NCBI GenBank assembly: GCA_016748015.1 | Contig: JAAOMT010000258.1 | Coordinates: 126,173 to 190,172 of the forward strand | From: Geosiphon pyriformis uo1 | Lineage: Eukaryota; Fungi; Glomeromycota | Length of the DNA stretch: 64,000 bases | Direction of reading: 5' to 3' | Part shown: positions 1 through 13,299 of the stretch, one piece after another | Layout of the letters: each line of letters opens with the position of its first letter | Numbering within the stretch: the stretch's first letter is position 1 | Program-made: the position numbers and the translations under genes | Notes under the pieces: generated by a model | Database searches by the model: none | What the model was told of the DNA's origin: nothing | The model's input: only the letters and a program-made list of their open reading frames with translations

Positions 1-1042
1 TTTGCTAAATTGTTTTTGATGTGATTTAAAATTAATTATTTTTTGAATAATATTTAATTAAAACTATTAATATCAAATCTTGTAAAATTTAATTTAATGT
101 GTTTTAATTTTAAGTATTTATATTATTATTATTAGTTTATTGTAATATAATTTTAGTTAATTATTATATACTGCTTTTTTTAATATTTTTTATTTAATTT
201 TAACTTATATATTCTATTTTCAAGTATTTTATAAATATAAAATAATTTATTTTATTTGTAATTAAACTTTTTACTTTAATGTTTTTTAGTTTCAATATAA
301 TACAACAATACTTTGTCTTTAATTTATTACTAGTTATATTATCTAATAATTGAATATTTTATTTATTTTTTATTTTTATAATTGTTTAATATTTTGTTTT
401 AATATTCTATATACTAATAGTACTATTAATATTATTAAATCTTATTTTTTTATGTTTATTGCTAATTTTGATTAATAATTTGCATAATATATAATTGAAT
501 TATTTAATTAATTTATTTATTTATAAATAATATAATAATAATAATAATAATTTAATTATTATATATTATTTACAAAATATGTATATCAATTTTTATAAAT
601 ATTTATATTAGCAAATTAAATTTTTATGCATAAATTAAGCTACTAAAATAGCATTAGCTGTTTTAATCTTTAATTTTTAGTTATTTAATAAGATAGTTTA
701 TTATTATTATAAAATAATAATTGTTTTTTATTGTTATTAATAATAATCTAATTAAATTAATTCTAATTTTGTTAAATGATTATTTAATTTTTATTGGTTT
801 TAATAATTTAGTTGTTTTTGTTTTACTTTTTATTAACATAAATAACAATTTTTTATGTATTAAATTATATTTGAATTTATTTTAAGCTAATAATAATAGC
901 TAATTATATATTAAATAATTGCTACTTTTCTAAAATATCTTAAATAAATATCTAAATACATATTAAATAAAATAGTTTTTTTTATTTATAATTATAACTC
1001 TTAATAAATTATCTAAATTTTGTTAATTTTAATAATAAAATA
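1..1042 (-). pseudogene. Heavily decayed Ty3/Gypsy integrase relic (continuation of the 7970-11400 element, interrupted by the LINE)
   Basis: Minus strand reads NLDNLLRV...TILFNMY.D...KPIKI..FNKIRINLI, colinear with the integrase N-terminus of the better-preserved copy (ORF 58091..58399 and downstream). Confidence 0.7.
1031..1042. repeat. Target-site duplication of the LINE, left copy (right copy 7958-7969)
   Basis: Identical 12-mer; removing the LINE plus one copy restores a gapless Gypsy pol frame (FI*NYIFYY*N*QNLDNLLRV vs FIHHNKIYYKNCKNSNQPLRL). Confidence 0.8.
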
Positions 1043-1196
1043 AAATTTTCAAGAAAAAATATTGAAAAAAAAAATTTTTTTCTTGTCAATTCCCTGACCA
1101 CGAAAAGAGTATTTGTATTGCCAAAGATTTAGCTTTTTTCTTTCTCTTTTCTTCTTGTTATCTTTAGTTATTTCTTCTAATATACTCAATTTTGTT

Positions 1197-3155
1197 ATGA
1201 TAAAACCAGTAGGCTCTTCTGCTGGTGGTTTTGGTACTGGTTCAACTGGATTGAGATCCCAGTCTGAAACTAAAAAGAAAGTGTGAGTTGAGAATATATA
1301 TGTTCAGAATCTTTTATACAAAAAAAAATCAAAAAAACCTAATATTACTGGAATTATGGTGAACTCATTGGCTGGACTTTTTCCTGAACATGTTTTACAG
1401 ACAGACTATAGTGAATACAAAATGTCTTAGAGTAATGAGGTTGAAAATGCCAACATTAGTGGAATGTTTAACATTGAGAACATAGACAACATGGTGGCTA
1501 AAAAGACTAGTTATATAGATTCCAATATTTCTGAAACTGATGACATGGTGGATGATATGACTCCTAGAAAAATGCGAACAAGAACCTATGTTTTAAGACT
1601 GTCACTGAAAACACCCTTTTTTAAAAACTTGAGTAATAACAATGCTGAGTTGGTGCTTCCTAAGTTCAAATTTGCTGGGTCCAATCAGTTACCATTAGTC
1701 AAATCACATATTCTAGAGAGACATAGCTTCAAGCCAGTTAGATTATTTGCTTTGAATGTGGAGTTGACTGCTGTGCCTGAAAAAACTAATGGCAATAAAT
1801 TAATTTCAATCAAAAAAAATTTTTATAAAATTGATGGTTTTAGAGAAGCTTCTACTCCTTCAAAATTTTTAAGAATTATTAGAGTTTCATTTACTTCTGA
1901 ATTTAGTATAAATAAGGCAAAAGAATTGGTGATCTGTGAAAAAATTATTGTTAATAATGATTTAAAAAAGGTAAATAGTCATACAGATAAGAAAATTGTT
2001 GTCAAGAAGATTCCAGTCGATCTTTCCAAATTGGCTGTGGAATCTGTTTTTTTTAAGTTTGAAAAGATTTTATCAATTAAGCTATATTTGATTGGACTGT
2101 AGCAGAAAGCTTTGATAGAGTTTGAGTCATTTAAAATAGCTGATTTGGTCACAGCTAAATGGTCTGTCTTCATGGGAAAAGATTTCATTTATGTGGTGAA
2201 AGCCATTAATAATAAACAATCATGGGTTTCTAAAGATCTACATCAGACATTGCTTTATACTTTTTTAGTTGGTACTATGGCTCATAATCTTTCAGATTTG
2301 TTGGAATTATATGGTGAGAAACTTGTTTCATTGGCTATAATTTCCAGCTCTTACATGCATAATAGATGTGCAATTGTGTGTTTTGTTGATGAGATATCCA
2401 AATTGGCTGCTATTGGTTCTACTCCAGTGTTTAAGGGTGTAAATTTGTGCTGGGCTGGTTTTTCTTTGGCCTGTTGTGCTCAATGCAAATGGTTAAGTCA
2501 TATCTCTACAGAGTGTTTACTGAATAAAAATTCTGGTGTTCATGATAAGCAGGTGGTAACTTTTCAGGATTAAGTTTGCTTGGCCAACATATATAAGAAG
2601 AAACAGGTGCCAATTGTTCACCCAGTTTCTTTTGGTGGAAAAACTTGGGCCTAGGTTGCTAGTGGTTTCTCCTCTCATGTAGTTTCATTGGGTTTTTTAG
2701 GTGTTAGTTCATCTTTGGGTGCAAAACCTGTGTCAATGGTTTCTAATTCCCTTGTTAATTCTTGCTTGGTTGATTAATTGGCTTTTCTGGAATGTTCTTT
2801 GGAGCTTTTGATGGATTAGGTTTCAGTTATTATGAAAAAGTTGAGTTTTATGAAAGTGGTGCCTCTGGCATCCAAATTGTATATCTTATCTCTAGTTGCC
2901 CTTGGTCCTGTTACTTTCAGTTTGAATTCGGATATGGCTCTGAATGATACAATAGCATATCTTTTTTTCTCTTTTTCAGTTGTTGCAGACCCAGTTGCAG
3001 ACTTTAGTTTAAGTAGTTCTAAGATTTTAACTATCAAGATGGGTAGATTGGAATCCAAAATAGTGGCTTTGGAGGTGTTAGTTGAATCTGTTTTGGAAAG
3101 ATTGGATCATTTGTGCTCTGGCTTGGGTTCATCAACTTTTCTTACTTTTCAATGA
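1197..3155 (+). pseudogene. LINE ORF1 (gag-like nucleic-acid-binding protein with CCHC knuckle)
   Basis: ATG at 1197; ORF pieces 1464, 2112 and 2832 share one frame, broken by stops; CAQCKWLSHISTEC = CX2CX4HX4C. Confidence 0.85.
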
Positions 3156-6100
3156 GTGATTTTGTGTGGAAATTTACAACATGTAATGTTTGCAATATTA
3201 ATGTCCCTACCAAGCAGAAGGACATTATCTGTTGATATAGAGATTCTGGGAATTTGGTTTTGATAATTACAGAGACAAAGCTAAGATCTAGCAATAGATC
3301 TTAAATTAAGGATAAGTTTGATAAAGTTAGGGTTTTTTTATCTGAATTGAACAAGAGATTTCTTGGTATTGAAGTCGTGATTATTATGAACACTTTTTTG
3401 ACTTATCATGTTTATAAGGTTTTTAAGGTGCCTGGTTGGCTCCTTTCAATTAAGTTGCTATTCAAAAATAAGCTTTCTGTGTTGATTTTAGGGCTTTATG
3501 CTGGGGCATCCCTGGCTGTTTATTTTACTCAGGCTAATAATATTAATTCTATGATTGCAAGAGCAGTCAATGAATTATTGTTTGTTGTTTTGGGTAGCAA
3601 CTTCAATGAAGATGGCTCCCAAAAGTGTGCTAGTTTCAAAAAGTGTCTAGATTTTGGTTTAGTGAATTCTTTGGATGGATGTTCTAATGTTAAAATGCCC
3701 ACATGGGCTAACTCTTAGAGCATAGCTAAGACTATTAATTTCTTGTTCATTTCTTCAAACTTGGTCAATGCTGTAATGGATTGGGGAGTGTCTAATGTTG
3801 GAGAATTTTTTGATACTAATTATCAGGCTGTTTTTGTGTTTGTGAGTTTGGGTGGGCTTTTGAACATATGGTTGAACTCTTTTCACAAACAAGCAAATAG
3901 GGATTGTTGGAAGTTCGAGTTCAAAAGTGCTAATAAGACTAAATGGAACAATTTTAAGGATGTCATGTCAGCCAATGCTGTAATGTTTTTGAATAAGTTT
4001 GTCATTTCCACAAAATTTTCACATTTAGATGTGATGTGGAATATTGTTTGCAAAATAATAGTTCTTTTGGCTAATGAAGTGTTTAAAAAGAAATAGTTTA
4101 AGAGCTTTGATGATGTTTTCACTAAAGAATCTTCAAAGTTTCACAAGTTGGAGCTCTTGGTTTCTAGGATTGTCAAGGCCTCACATGAAGAAAGTTTTGT
4201 GAATTTTGATTCTCTTATAAGATGTTGGATTTCTTTGGACAATGTCAAAGCTTTATTTGTTTAGAATGTTATGGATTCTAGTGCTGGCTTTGATCATATC
4301 CATTCTGCTCTCTTTGGTGCTAAAAAGTCTTATTGTACTGCTAAGCTTGCTTAATTTTTGAGGGCTAAAAAGGCTAACATCAGATTGGCTATTGATAGAA
4401 AAATAGAAAGCTTTGAAGTTAATAAAAGTCATATGATCAAGAGCATACTAGAGCATCTTTTTCACAAGTATCACTCAACCATCTGGTGGTTGATAATGAA
4501 CTGATTCTAAAATCTGATTTGATTAAGTTTAAGATGGATGTGATTATGGAGAGTTGGACTAAGAAGCACAAAGTGGTGGATAATATTTCTGGTGACTGGC
4601 ACTCCTAATATCAACCATTAAAGTATGTTTTTGATAAGGCTTTTTCTGGTGTTATGAGTTCGATTAGATTTGATGAGTTGGTTGAAGTGGTTTCTAATCT
4701 GCTTAATGGCAAAGCTGCTGGTCTCTCAGGTGTGTCAAATAAGCTTTGGAAACATTGTAATAAATCAGTTTTGGATATGCTTTTGGTGCTTTTGAATTCC
4801 TGTTTGTCTAATGAATCTGTGCCCAGCTCTTGGAAAGAGGCTTGGATCTCAATAATTCCCAAACCATATAAGTAAAAGGATGTTTTGACAAATACCTGTT
4901 CTATTATTTTAATTGAGATAGCTTATAAAATTCTTTCTAAGATTTTCTTTGACTGGATTTTTTTGGCATGTAGCATTTTTAATGTTTTTTGTGGGAACAA
5001 TTTTTTGGTTTTGAAGGATATGTTAACTCAGTCTCCCATTTTTGCTATTGGTTTGGTTATTGAGAATACTTTAGAAAAGAACTGAGAACTTTGGCTGGTT
5101 TTGTAAGACATGCATAAGACATATGATTCAGTTGGCTAGAAACATCTTGAGAAGGGTTTGGTCAGGATCAAAATGTGCAGCAAGTTCATTCAATTTTTTA
5201 GTAGTATTTATAGGGATTGCACCAACAGAATAATGACAAATTTTGGTCTAACTAATAGTTATTGTATACATGATGATTTGGATCAAGGAGAGGTGTTTTC
5301 TCCTCTTCTGTGGTACATATTTTATGATTCTTTATTGTGTGAAGTCAAGCATCAGAAGAGTGTGTGTGGGTATAGGTTAAATTTTTATTTCATTTTCAAA
5401 ACTGGTCATGCTGAGTCTCAGGCTGGGCTTTCGTCATTTTTTGCTACTGGCACTTTTGTTGATGATACAATTTGGGTTGGTAGTAATCAGAGGGCTACTC
5501 AACATATTCTTGATATTGCTAGTAAGTTTTTCCAGATCAATAACATTTCTATTAATAATGATAAAACAGTGACCATTCTCATCAACAGCAGAATTAGCAA
5601 TCTTTTTCTTTTTATTAGTGGTTTACCCATCTCTATCACTAAAAAAGGAAAGTCTCATCAGTATTTGGGTATTTTTCTTTTAACTGAGGGTCTTTTAAAG
5701 CCTAGTTTGGCTAAGGTGTATTTGAATGTTTGTTTTTTTACCAATCTGGTCCTGAAGAAAGCTGTATTAGATAAGCAGTTCTTGTATTTGGTGTTAGTGG
5801 TTTTTTATTCTATTGTCAGTTACAAAACTCAGTTTAGCATTATTCCTGTTAATGTGTACAATAAATGGAATGCTCTAATTCATAGAAGCTTGAAGCTTAA
5901 GTCTGGTTTGCTTTTCAACTTTCCTAGTAATATGATATACTACCTCTCATTTTATGGTCTAAAGTCTTTCTTGTAAATTCAATCTGAGAGTAAGATTGCT
6001 TTACTTGTTAGCTTTGTGAACTCTGGTAGGATTTTGGGTCGCTTGTTCTCTCACCAGTTGCATGACTTGCAAGTTCAGTATTGGCACCCTGTTCATCTAT

Positions 6101-7823
6101 TGGTCTCTTCTATTTATATTCATATCAGTGTCTCTAATAATTTTCTAGCAGACATAGTTTGTATTCTTCTTGATTGTAATTTATCTCTGAGTGGTTTTTT
6201 GGCCAATTCTTTTCAGTTTCATGATGGGATGCTCATATCAGTTGTTCTGGATAAGTCAAAGTTTGTCAAGTTTCTCCTTTCTCTCTGGCAGTATGGTATT
6301 GCTTTTGTGGATCAACTTTGTGATTGTCATAGTACTGTTTTTGATTGGTATATCTTTAAGTAGTGGAAGAAATTAAACCTCCATGGTCCTGTTCTGAAGT
6401 GGTTCAAGCTGTCTACTGGATTTTTCAATAATATAACTTTGTCTTCGACTCAACTCTTGGCTGTGTATGATAGTAGTTCTTTGAACATTCTTGGGTCTGA
6501 TGACTTTGTGTCTATTTGTGATTATCTTTCGTGGGTTGATGCTGGTGTTTTGTTTGTGTATGTGAATAGATCTTTGAAGAATCTGGACACAGCTAGCTGT
6601 AGAGCTGATGCTGCCATCTTTTTTGAGGACATTGGTTTGGGTTTAGGTGTTGGTGTGTTAAGTTTGATGTCTTCTACTCTGACTGAATTGCAAGTTATTG
6701 CATTGGCTCTGAAATGTGTTTTCTCATCTAGTTTTGTTCACCTGTTTTCGGATAGTCAATCTGCTTTGGATGCTTGCAAATCAGAATTGGGTCTGATGTG
6801 TCCTAATTTTTGTAATCAGTGTTGGATTGAGCATTAACATATCATTAATATTATTTGTGGTAAGAATTTGAGAGTTAGTTGGCACAAAATAAAAAACTAT
6901 TCTGGTGTTTTAGAGAATGAGTGTACTGACATAATTGCTGGTATTGTCTCTCTTTTAGGTTGGTGTTTTCTTCTCTACTTGGATGAACATTTTATTGTGG
7001 CTGATTATGGTATAGTCTCTGGCAATTCTAAGCACTTTGTTTATAATATTTATCATTTCATTTGTCATGTGCATTGTGAGGTTGGTTTTGGTTCAAGATT
7101 CTTGGAAAGTGGTTTATTTTTTAATGTTGACTGGGTTCACTTTTCATTGGTGTGACATCCTGATTTGCACATGGCTACTGGCTTTATCAGCCAATTGTCA
7201 GCAAATACATATATGTATTTCATGAAGGCTTTACATTATTATTTGCCTATTGCTGTTTGGAAATGTCTTTATAGTAAACTTTATCCCAGTGTATTGTGCT
7301 TATATTGTGGTAATGTAGAAATATCAGATTATGTGTTCTTCTGTAGGGTTGATGAGTCTGCCTGCCATTGGTTATTGAATTCCCACATGAATTCTTAGAA
7401 GACACTTTCTGGCTTTACTCATTCTTTTTTGTGTGTGTTGCAGCTGTTATTGTCCTATACTTCTGGTTCTTCTGTGTTTATGGCTCTCTTCAAGGGTTTT
7501 GTTTTTAATGGTTGGTTTGATGAAGCTGTTTCCATTTTTCACAATTCCAAGATTGCTAGTATAGAGGTTATTAAATTTGTGCACTCTTTCAGTATGGCTT
7601 TTAGAGATAATATATGACTGGTTCATGCTAGACATCATGTTTATATAGAAAAAAATGGTTTAATTCTTTTTGATGATTTGGCGCCTGTCTCAATTTCTGG
7701 TTTGGCTTTGAGGTTTTCTGCTGGTGTATTAAAACTGCTTGGCATTGCTGATGCTTTTGGTATATGTTTTGTTCATTCTTTTCGGATATTAGTAACTTAG
7801 TATCTGTTTATATTGTTATATAA
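3152..7823 (+). pseudogene. LINE ORF2: apurinic-like endonuclease, reverse transcriptase, RNase H, C-terminal zinc finger
   Basis: APE: WKFTTCNV, ITETKL, GSNFNE. RT: GKAAGLSG, DMHKTYDSV, DQGEVFSPLL, FVDD. RNase H: SSTLTELQVI, FSDSQSAL, WHKIKNYSG. Zinc finger: CLYCGNVEISDYVFFC. Many W/Q>stop changes. Confidence 0.93.
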
Positions 7824-7831
7824 TATTGTTT

Positions 7832-7854
7832 TGATCAGCCTAAGTGGCTGATCA
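7832..7854 (+). other. LINE 3'-UTR stem-loop
   Basis: TGATCAGCC-TAAGT-GGCTGATCA, a perfect 9-bp stem; the homologous position in the 56-kb copy can also pair (with G.U). Confidence 0.6.
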
Positions 7855-7969
7855 TGTGTAGAAAGTGCATGATTCACACCTAGTTTAGATTATTTCATTG
7901 ATGTATAGTGCTAGACTGTGTTTGGATTTTACTTGTTAAATAAATAAATGAAATAACAATAATAAAATA

Positions 7970-10900
7970 TGTAATTTTAGATAAATAATATTTTAATAAT
8001 TTTTAAAACTTAATTAGCTCTTTTATTAACATCTTTTTATTTAATTTTAGTGTTTTTAAATATTGACTAAGATTTTTTTAAAATAATTGTTTATTCTTAA
8101 TAAACAATTAATATTAGTATTTTTGAAATTTTTTTGTATTTAATAATATAATTATATAATATATATTTTTTAATGCTTTTTTGTTATTTAATCAAATTAA
8201 ATTTTCATGATTTGTAATAATATCAAAGAGTTTATACTATAAATATGTATCAAAATAGATATAACTTTAAATTACTATTAAGTATTTTAATTTAAATATT
8301 ACATAATTTTACTTTGCTATATTAAAACTTTTATTAATATAAATATTTATATAGTTTTTTTTTGTTTTTTTGTAAAAAAATAGTATTAAGTTTAATTTTA
8401 AAGATATCTGTAACCAAAATAAAATTTTTGTTAAATTTAGCTAAATTATTATTGATAATTTAATAAGCTTTTATCTAAAATACTTAAAAGCTTTTTGTTA
8501 TGTTTTAATTTATTTAAATTTTACATTTTTAAATAATAAAAATTAGGAGATTTGGTAATATTTAAAAAGTTTTCTACAAAATAATAATAATAAGATGTAA
8601 ATTTTAAAAAACTTCTGATTTTTGGCATATTTTAAAATACTAAAAAGTTTTTTAATTTGTTTATTTTTGATAAATTTGATTTTATTCTATTTTTTTTAAC
8701 TATATATATTAAAAATATTAGTTTATTGTTTTTAAACAAATATTTTTCTAAATTTAATTTAAGTTTAATCTGTTTTAATTTTTTGTTGTAAATATTAAAA
8801 ATAATCAGTGAATTTTAGTAAGAAAATATTTATATTGTTTAAATAGACAATAATAAATTGTTATAAAATTTTAGAATAAATTACATTTATTAATTTTTAG
8901 AATATTACAGAAGTATTTTTTAATAATTAATTTAAAATTAATTTATTATTATTTTTTTTATTAAAACAACCAATAAAAACTATAGACTTATTAATAATTA
9001 AATTATTCTATTTTTTAACATTTTTTGGACTTTTTTGATAAAATTATGCTCTATTAGTAAAATATAGTAGGCATATTATTTTTTAAATTTAATATTTTTA
9101 ATAAAAATTTGGTATTAAACCAAGTTAGATTTTTTAAATTTATTATTTTGCAAAAATATATTAGAATATTTTAAAATATTTAATGATAATATTTTTCAAA
9201 ATATAAATAAATTCTGTAGTATTTGCAATAAAAATTTTTATTTGTTAGGTTTTATTAATTAAAATAAAAAGATTAGTAAGTTTTATAAAAAACTGTTGAA
9301 AAGTTTTTGAATAAAACTTAAATATTAAATCTTTTTTTATTGTTTTTTTTTTATTTTTATTTCTAATTTTTTACATAATATAAGCATAATAAGCTGCTTA
9401 GTTTTAATAAATTTACTTTTTTTTTTATTGTTTTAGCAAAATTTGTTTTAATTTTTTTTTTGTTAATTCAAAATTCAAAATTTTTTTTATTGTTTGTACT
9501 AATTTTTATAATTTTTTATTAATATAAATATTTCAATTTTTGTCAATAATAAAAAAATTGCTTGTGCAATTTTTTTCTTAAGCTTGATAATATATAGTTT
9601 TTTTAAATTGTTTTGCAATAAAACTATTAAGTTTTCAGTATATTTTGAATTAATTACTCTTTTTTAAATGCTTATTTTTTTTTGCAAAACTTAATTATAA
9701 TGTTATTTAAATTATTGCTTTTCGTAAAATTTCAATCATTATTTTTAGATTAATTTTAATAATATTTTTAAGTAGCAATATTATAAATTAATTTTTTAGA
9801 TATTATAAATCAAATCTTATATTGATTAGATAGATTTTTTTAGATATTATTTTTAACTATCTATTGTTATACTGTATATTAATTTTTTAATCTAAATTAA
9901 TATAAATTACAAATTTTTCTGACTTAGATTTATTAAATAAATTTTATTAATTTATTAATTGCTAATTCTTAATTTTTTTTTTTTTTTTCAAAGTTTTTTT
10001 TATATTAATACTTTTTATAATATTAATTTTAACACAAAATAAAACAGTTTTTATAAAAATAAGTATTAATCTAAATAAAATACAGTTTTTGCTCTTGGAT
10101 AAATAAAACATAATTATTAATAGTTTTTTTAAAATTTATTTAATAAACCAAATATATTATAGTTAACAATTTTATTAGCTATTTTGACTGCTATTTTTAA
10201 TATTATATCTCTTTAATAGTTTTTTTCTTATTTTGTATAGTATTATATAATTTATTCTTATTAGTAAATAATATTATAGTTTTTTTTAGCATTCTGTTAA
10301 ATATTGTTTCAAATAATGTTTCTTTTTTTATTCAATTACAGATAAAAATTATATATTAATAAGTTGTGTTTTATGTTCTTTTTTTGTATAATATGTTAAT
10401 TTAGTTATATTTTTATAACAATAGTTTTTTATAAGTAGAATATAATTTTTTTTTCATTTTTTGTGTTTTTTAAATAACTATATTTTTTTGGATTGTAATA
10501 ATTACAATAATAATAAGTAAAATATATTGAATTTTTGTTTAATATGTTGTATATAGTTATAGATAAAAACTTTTTTTTATAAACTGAATATTTAAAGTTT
10601 AATTTATATTGTTGTTTTTTGTTTATTAACCAAAAAAGTTAATAAGTTTAATAATTGGTAAGACTGAATTTTTTTGGTATTTGAAGATGAGTCTTTAGTT
10701 AAAACTGAATTTTTAAAAGTAGTCATATATGACTAAAATTTTAGCATAATAATTATTATAGCTAATAAAAAACTTCTGAGTAATTTAGTTTAATGTAATA
10801 TTGGCTTTTATTAATCAATTATTTTTTACTAATGCTTGATATTATTTAATATTTATTATTAATACTTTTATAAAAATAAATAAATTAATTTTTTATATAA

Positions 10901-11400
10901 TAATTTAATATTTTTATTAGTTATTATAATTTGCAATATTACTGTATAATTAATTTAAAAATCTAACTGGTTTATTAATTGAAGTGTTAAATAGTTTTAA
11001 CAAATTTATTATTTAAAATAAATTTAATTAAAATATTATTTATTTTTGTATATATAGCAATAATTAAGTATTTTTTATTTAATATTTTTTTATTAAATAT
11101 GGCTTTATTTTTCTTTAACTCAAAAAAAAATTAAAAAGCTATTGTTTTTTGTAATAACTACTAATAGTATTTTCTGGCTTAAATTTTGGTTTTTAGAAAA
11201 GTTTTTAGTTTTGGTTATATTTTTATTATTATTATTTTTAAGATTTAAGCTTTTTGGAATACAATTAGATATTCATAAAAATTTTTTTTATAAAAAAACA
11301 CCTCTTACAAAAAACATTTTTTTATAAAATTAGTTTTATTTTAACTTTTTTTAAATCAATTTACATTAAATTTTTTTTTTAATCTTGTCTGTTTTTATAA
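7970..11400 (-). mobile_element. Heavily decayed Ty3/Gypsy element (upstream pol/gag region, RT, RNase H)
   Basis: IVYLNNINIF (YLDD relic, ~8830-8855); RNase H-like segment at 8100-8400; colinear with the RT region of the 24-25 kb and 59-kb copies. Upper boundary approximate. Confidence 0.6.
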
Positions 11401-11509
11401 ATAATTACTTAATTTCTATTGTATTCTAATTTAAGTTTGTTAATACCAAATTTAATATTATTATTATAGACATATTTTCTAATAAATTTACTAAATTATC
11501 ATTATATTA

Positions 11510-13120
11510 AAATTTTTATTCAAAAAACAAAAATGAATAATAATTAATAATACTCTTTATAAAAAATTTTGTTAATATTTCAAAAATTATTATGATACAA
11601 AACATGATAATATTATAGTTTATTTCAATTATAAAAATCCAAAACTTTATATTTTTTATCTAATTATTTCTAAAATAATTAAAAAACATGTAAAATAGTT
11701 GAATATTAAAACTAATAAAATCTTAAAAAAATTTATTTAACATAAAAACATTAAATTTTTATTATTAGATTAAGATTTTAATTATTGAGTAGAAAAGATG
11801 ATTGCGGCCACTATTGAATTAAATAATTAATTAATTAAAAAGAAAAAAAAATTTGCTAAATTTCTTGGTATACATAAAAATAAAATACAATTTTCAAATA
11901 AATAGGTTCAAAAATTCAAAAAACAAAACCAATTATGTGTTTATCAATTTCATATTAGAACAAAAAGTGTATTAACTAAAAGTTTACTAGAAAAATAAAA
12001 AAAATTAAAAACTATTATATTTATATTTGATTTTGTTAACATATATAATACTAATAAAACAGAATTATTTTTTTATATAGGACTAAATCAAATATTTATA
12101 AAATATTGAAATACAAAAAAAAATTGATATATTTTATTTATTAATTGTTATTATTATAAATTATTATTATATTAAATTAATTAAGTTTTTATAAGATAAA
12201 TTTTAGATTACAATTTTTGCTATAAATTTAATTTAATTTTACAAATTACAACTTTTAATAATTAAACATGCAAAAAATCCAAGATGTTTTAAAGAAATTA
12301 ACACTTTTAATCTATTTATAATTTTTAAATTCAATTTTAAAACATGGTTCAAATATAGAAATAAAAACTTTTGAATTTAAAATCAACATACATTAGTTTT
12401 AGTTAATAATATAACTTCTTATTATATTTAAATTAAAAAAGATTTATTTTAATTGACTAATATTACTTTAGACTATTTTTTTTTAAATATTATATTAAAT
12501 TTTTAATCAATGGATATTAGCATTATTAAATTTTTTAAAAGCAAATATAAGTATTTATATTGTTAATATATTTTATATTAATATAAACAAAAAATTAATA
12601 TTAAACAATTAAGTAAGATAATATATACAGTATTATTATTATTATATATTATATAATTTTATTTAATATTAATTTATTTTTTAGAAATAAATTAAACATA
12701 AAACAAATATATGATTATATTATTTAATTATAGTTTTAAGTAATATTTGTTACAACTCAAAACTATTGACAAATAACAAATTTTTTTTTTTATAATTAAA
12801 AATTAAAAATTTAGGAATCTGAAATATTAATTGCTATAGATATATTTAACAATTTATTATTAAATACACAACAATTAGTCAAAAATTTCGAAAATTATAC
12901 TGTAATAGTTAAATAAATTATTAATAACTAAAAATATTTTTAATAATAATAAAATTGCAAATATAATTTTAGTTAATGTTTAAATTAAAATTAATATAAT
13001 TAATGACTTAAAAAAAGAATTAAAAGAATTTTTATCTGTTATAATTACAATTATAAAAATATATAAAGCATTAAAAAAGTAATTAAATTTGAAAAGCAAT
13101 TAGCAAAAAAAAATTTTAAT
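11510..13120 (+). pseudogene. pogo/Tigger-like (CENP-B HTH + DDE_1) transposase relic
   Basis: Decayed motifs: KFAKFLG..IQFSNK*VQKFKK (FSNGW..RFK), IYNTNKTELF (IYNADETGLF), KHAKNPRCFK, LVLVNN (LLxDN), SMDISII (QPMDxGII). TIRs not reliably found. Confidence 0.7.
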
Positions 13121-13299
13121 ATAAAAAACCAAAATTTACTTAAAAAAATTATATAAATACAAAAAAATAAAGAAAAATTCTAAAAAATAGGTAACAATTA
13201 ATCAATATTTTAATAATAATTATAAAATCTTATAATAAAACACTTTTATAATAGAACATAATTTATATATTTCAACTGTGTTTTTTTAAAAAAATTTAA

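Larger units (their letters stand above)
1043..7957 (+). mobile_element. Full-length non-LTR retrotransposon (LINE; ORF1 + ORF2 APE-RT-RNase H-CCHC), inactivated
   Basis: Two long decayed ORFs with diagnostic motifs, a short TAAA-rich 3' tail, and a flanking direct repeat AATAATAAAATA (1031-1042 / 7958-7969). Confidence 0.92.

Noticed and set aside
1979-7638. Short antisense or alternative-frame ORFs over the LINE (and at 52413, 53853, 54046, 56136)
   Set aside because: Incidental frames opposite or within TE coding sequence.
3152-7823. Alternative genetic code (TGA=Trp, TAA=Gln) explaining the in-frame stops
   Set aside because: Stops differ between copies, all three stop types occur, and they accompany frameshifts and catalytic-residue transitions; mutation explains them.
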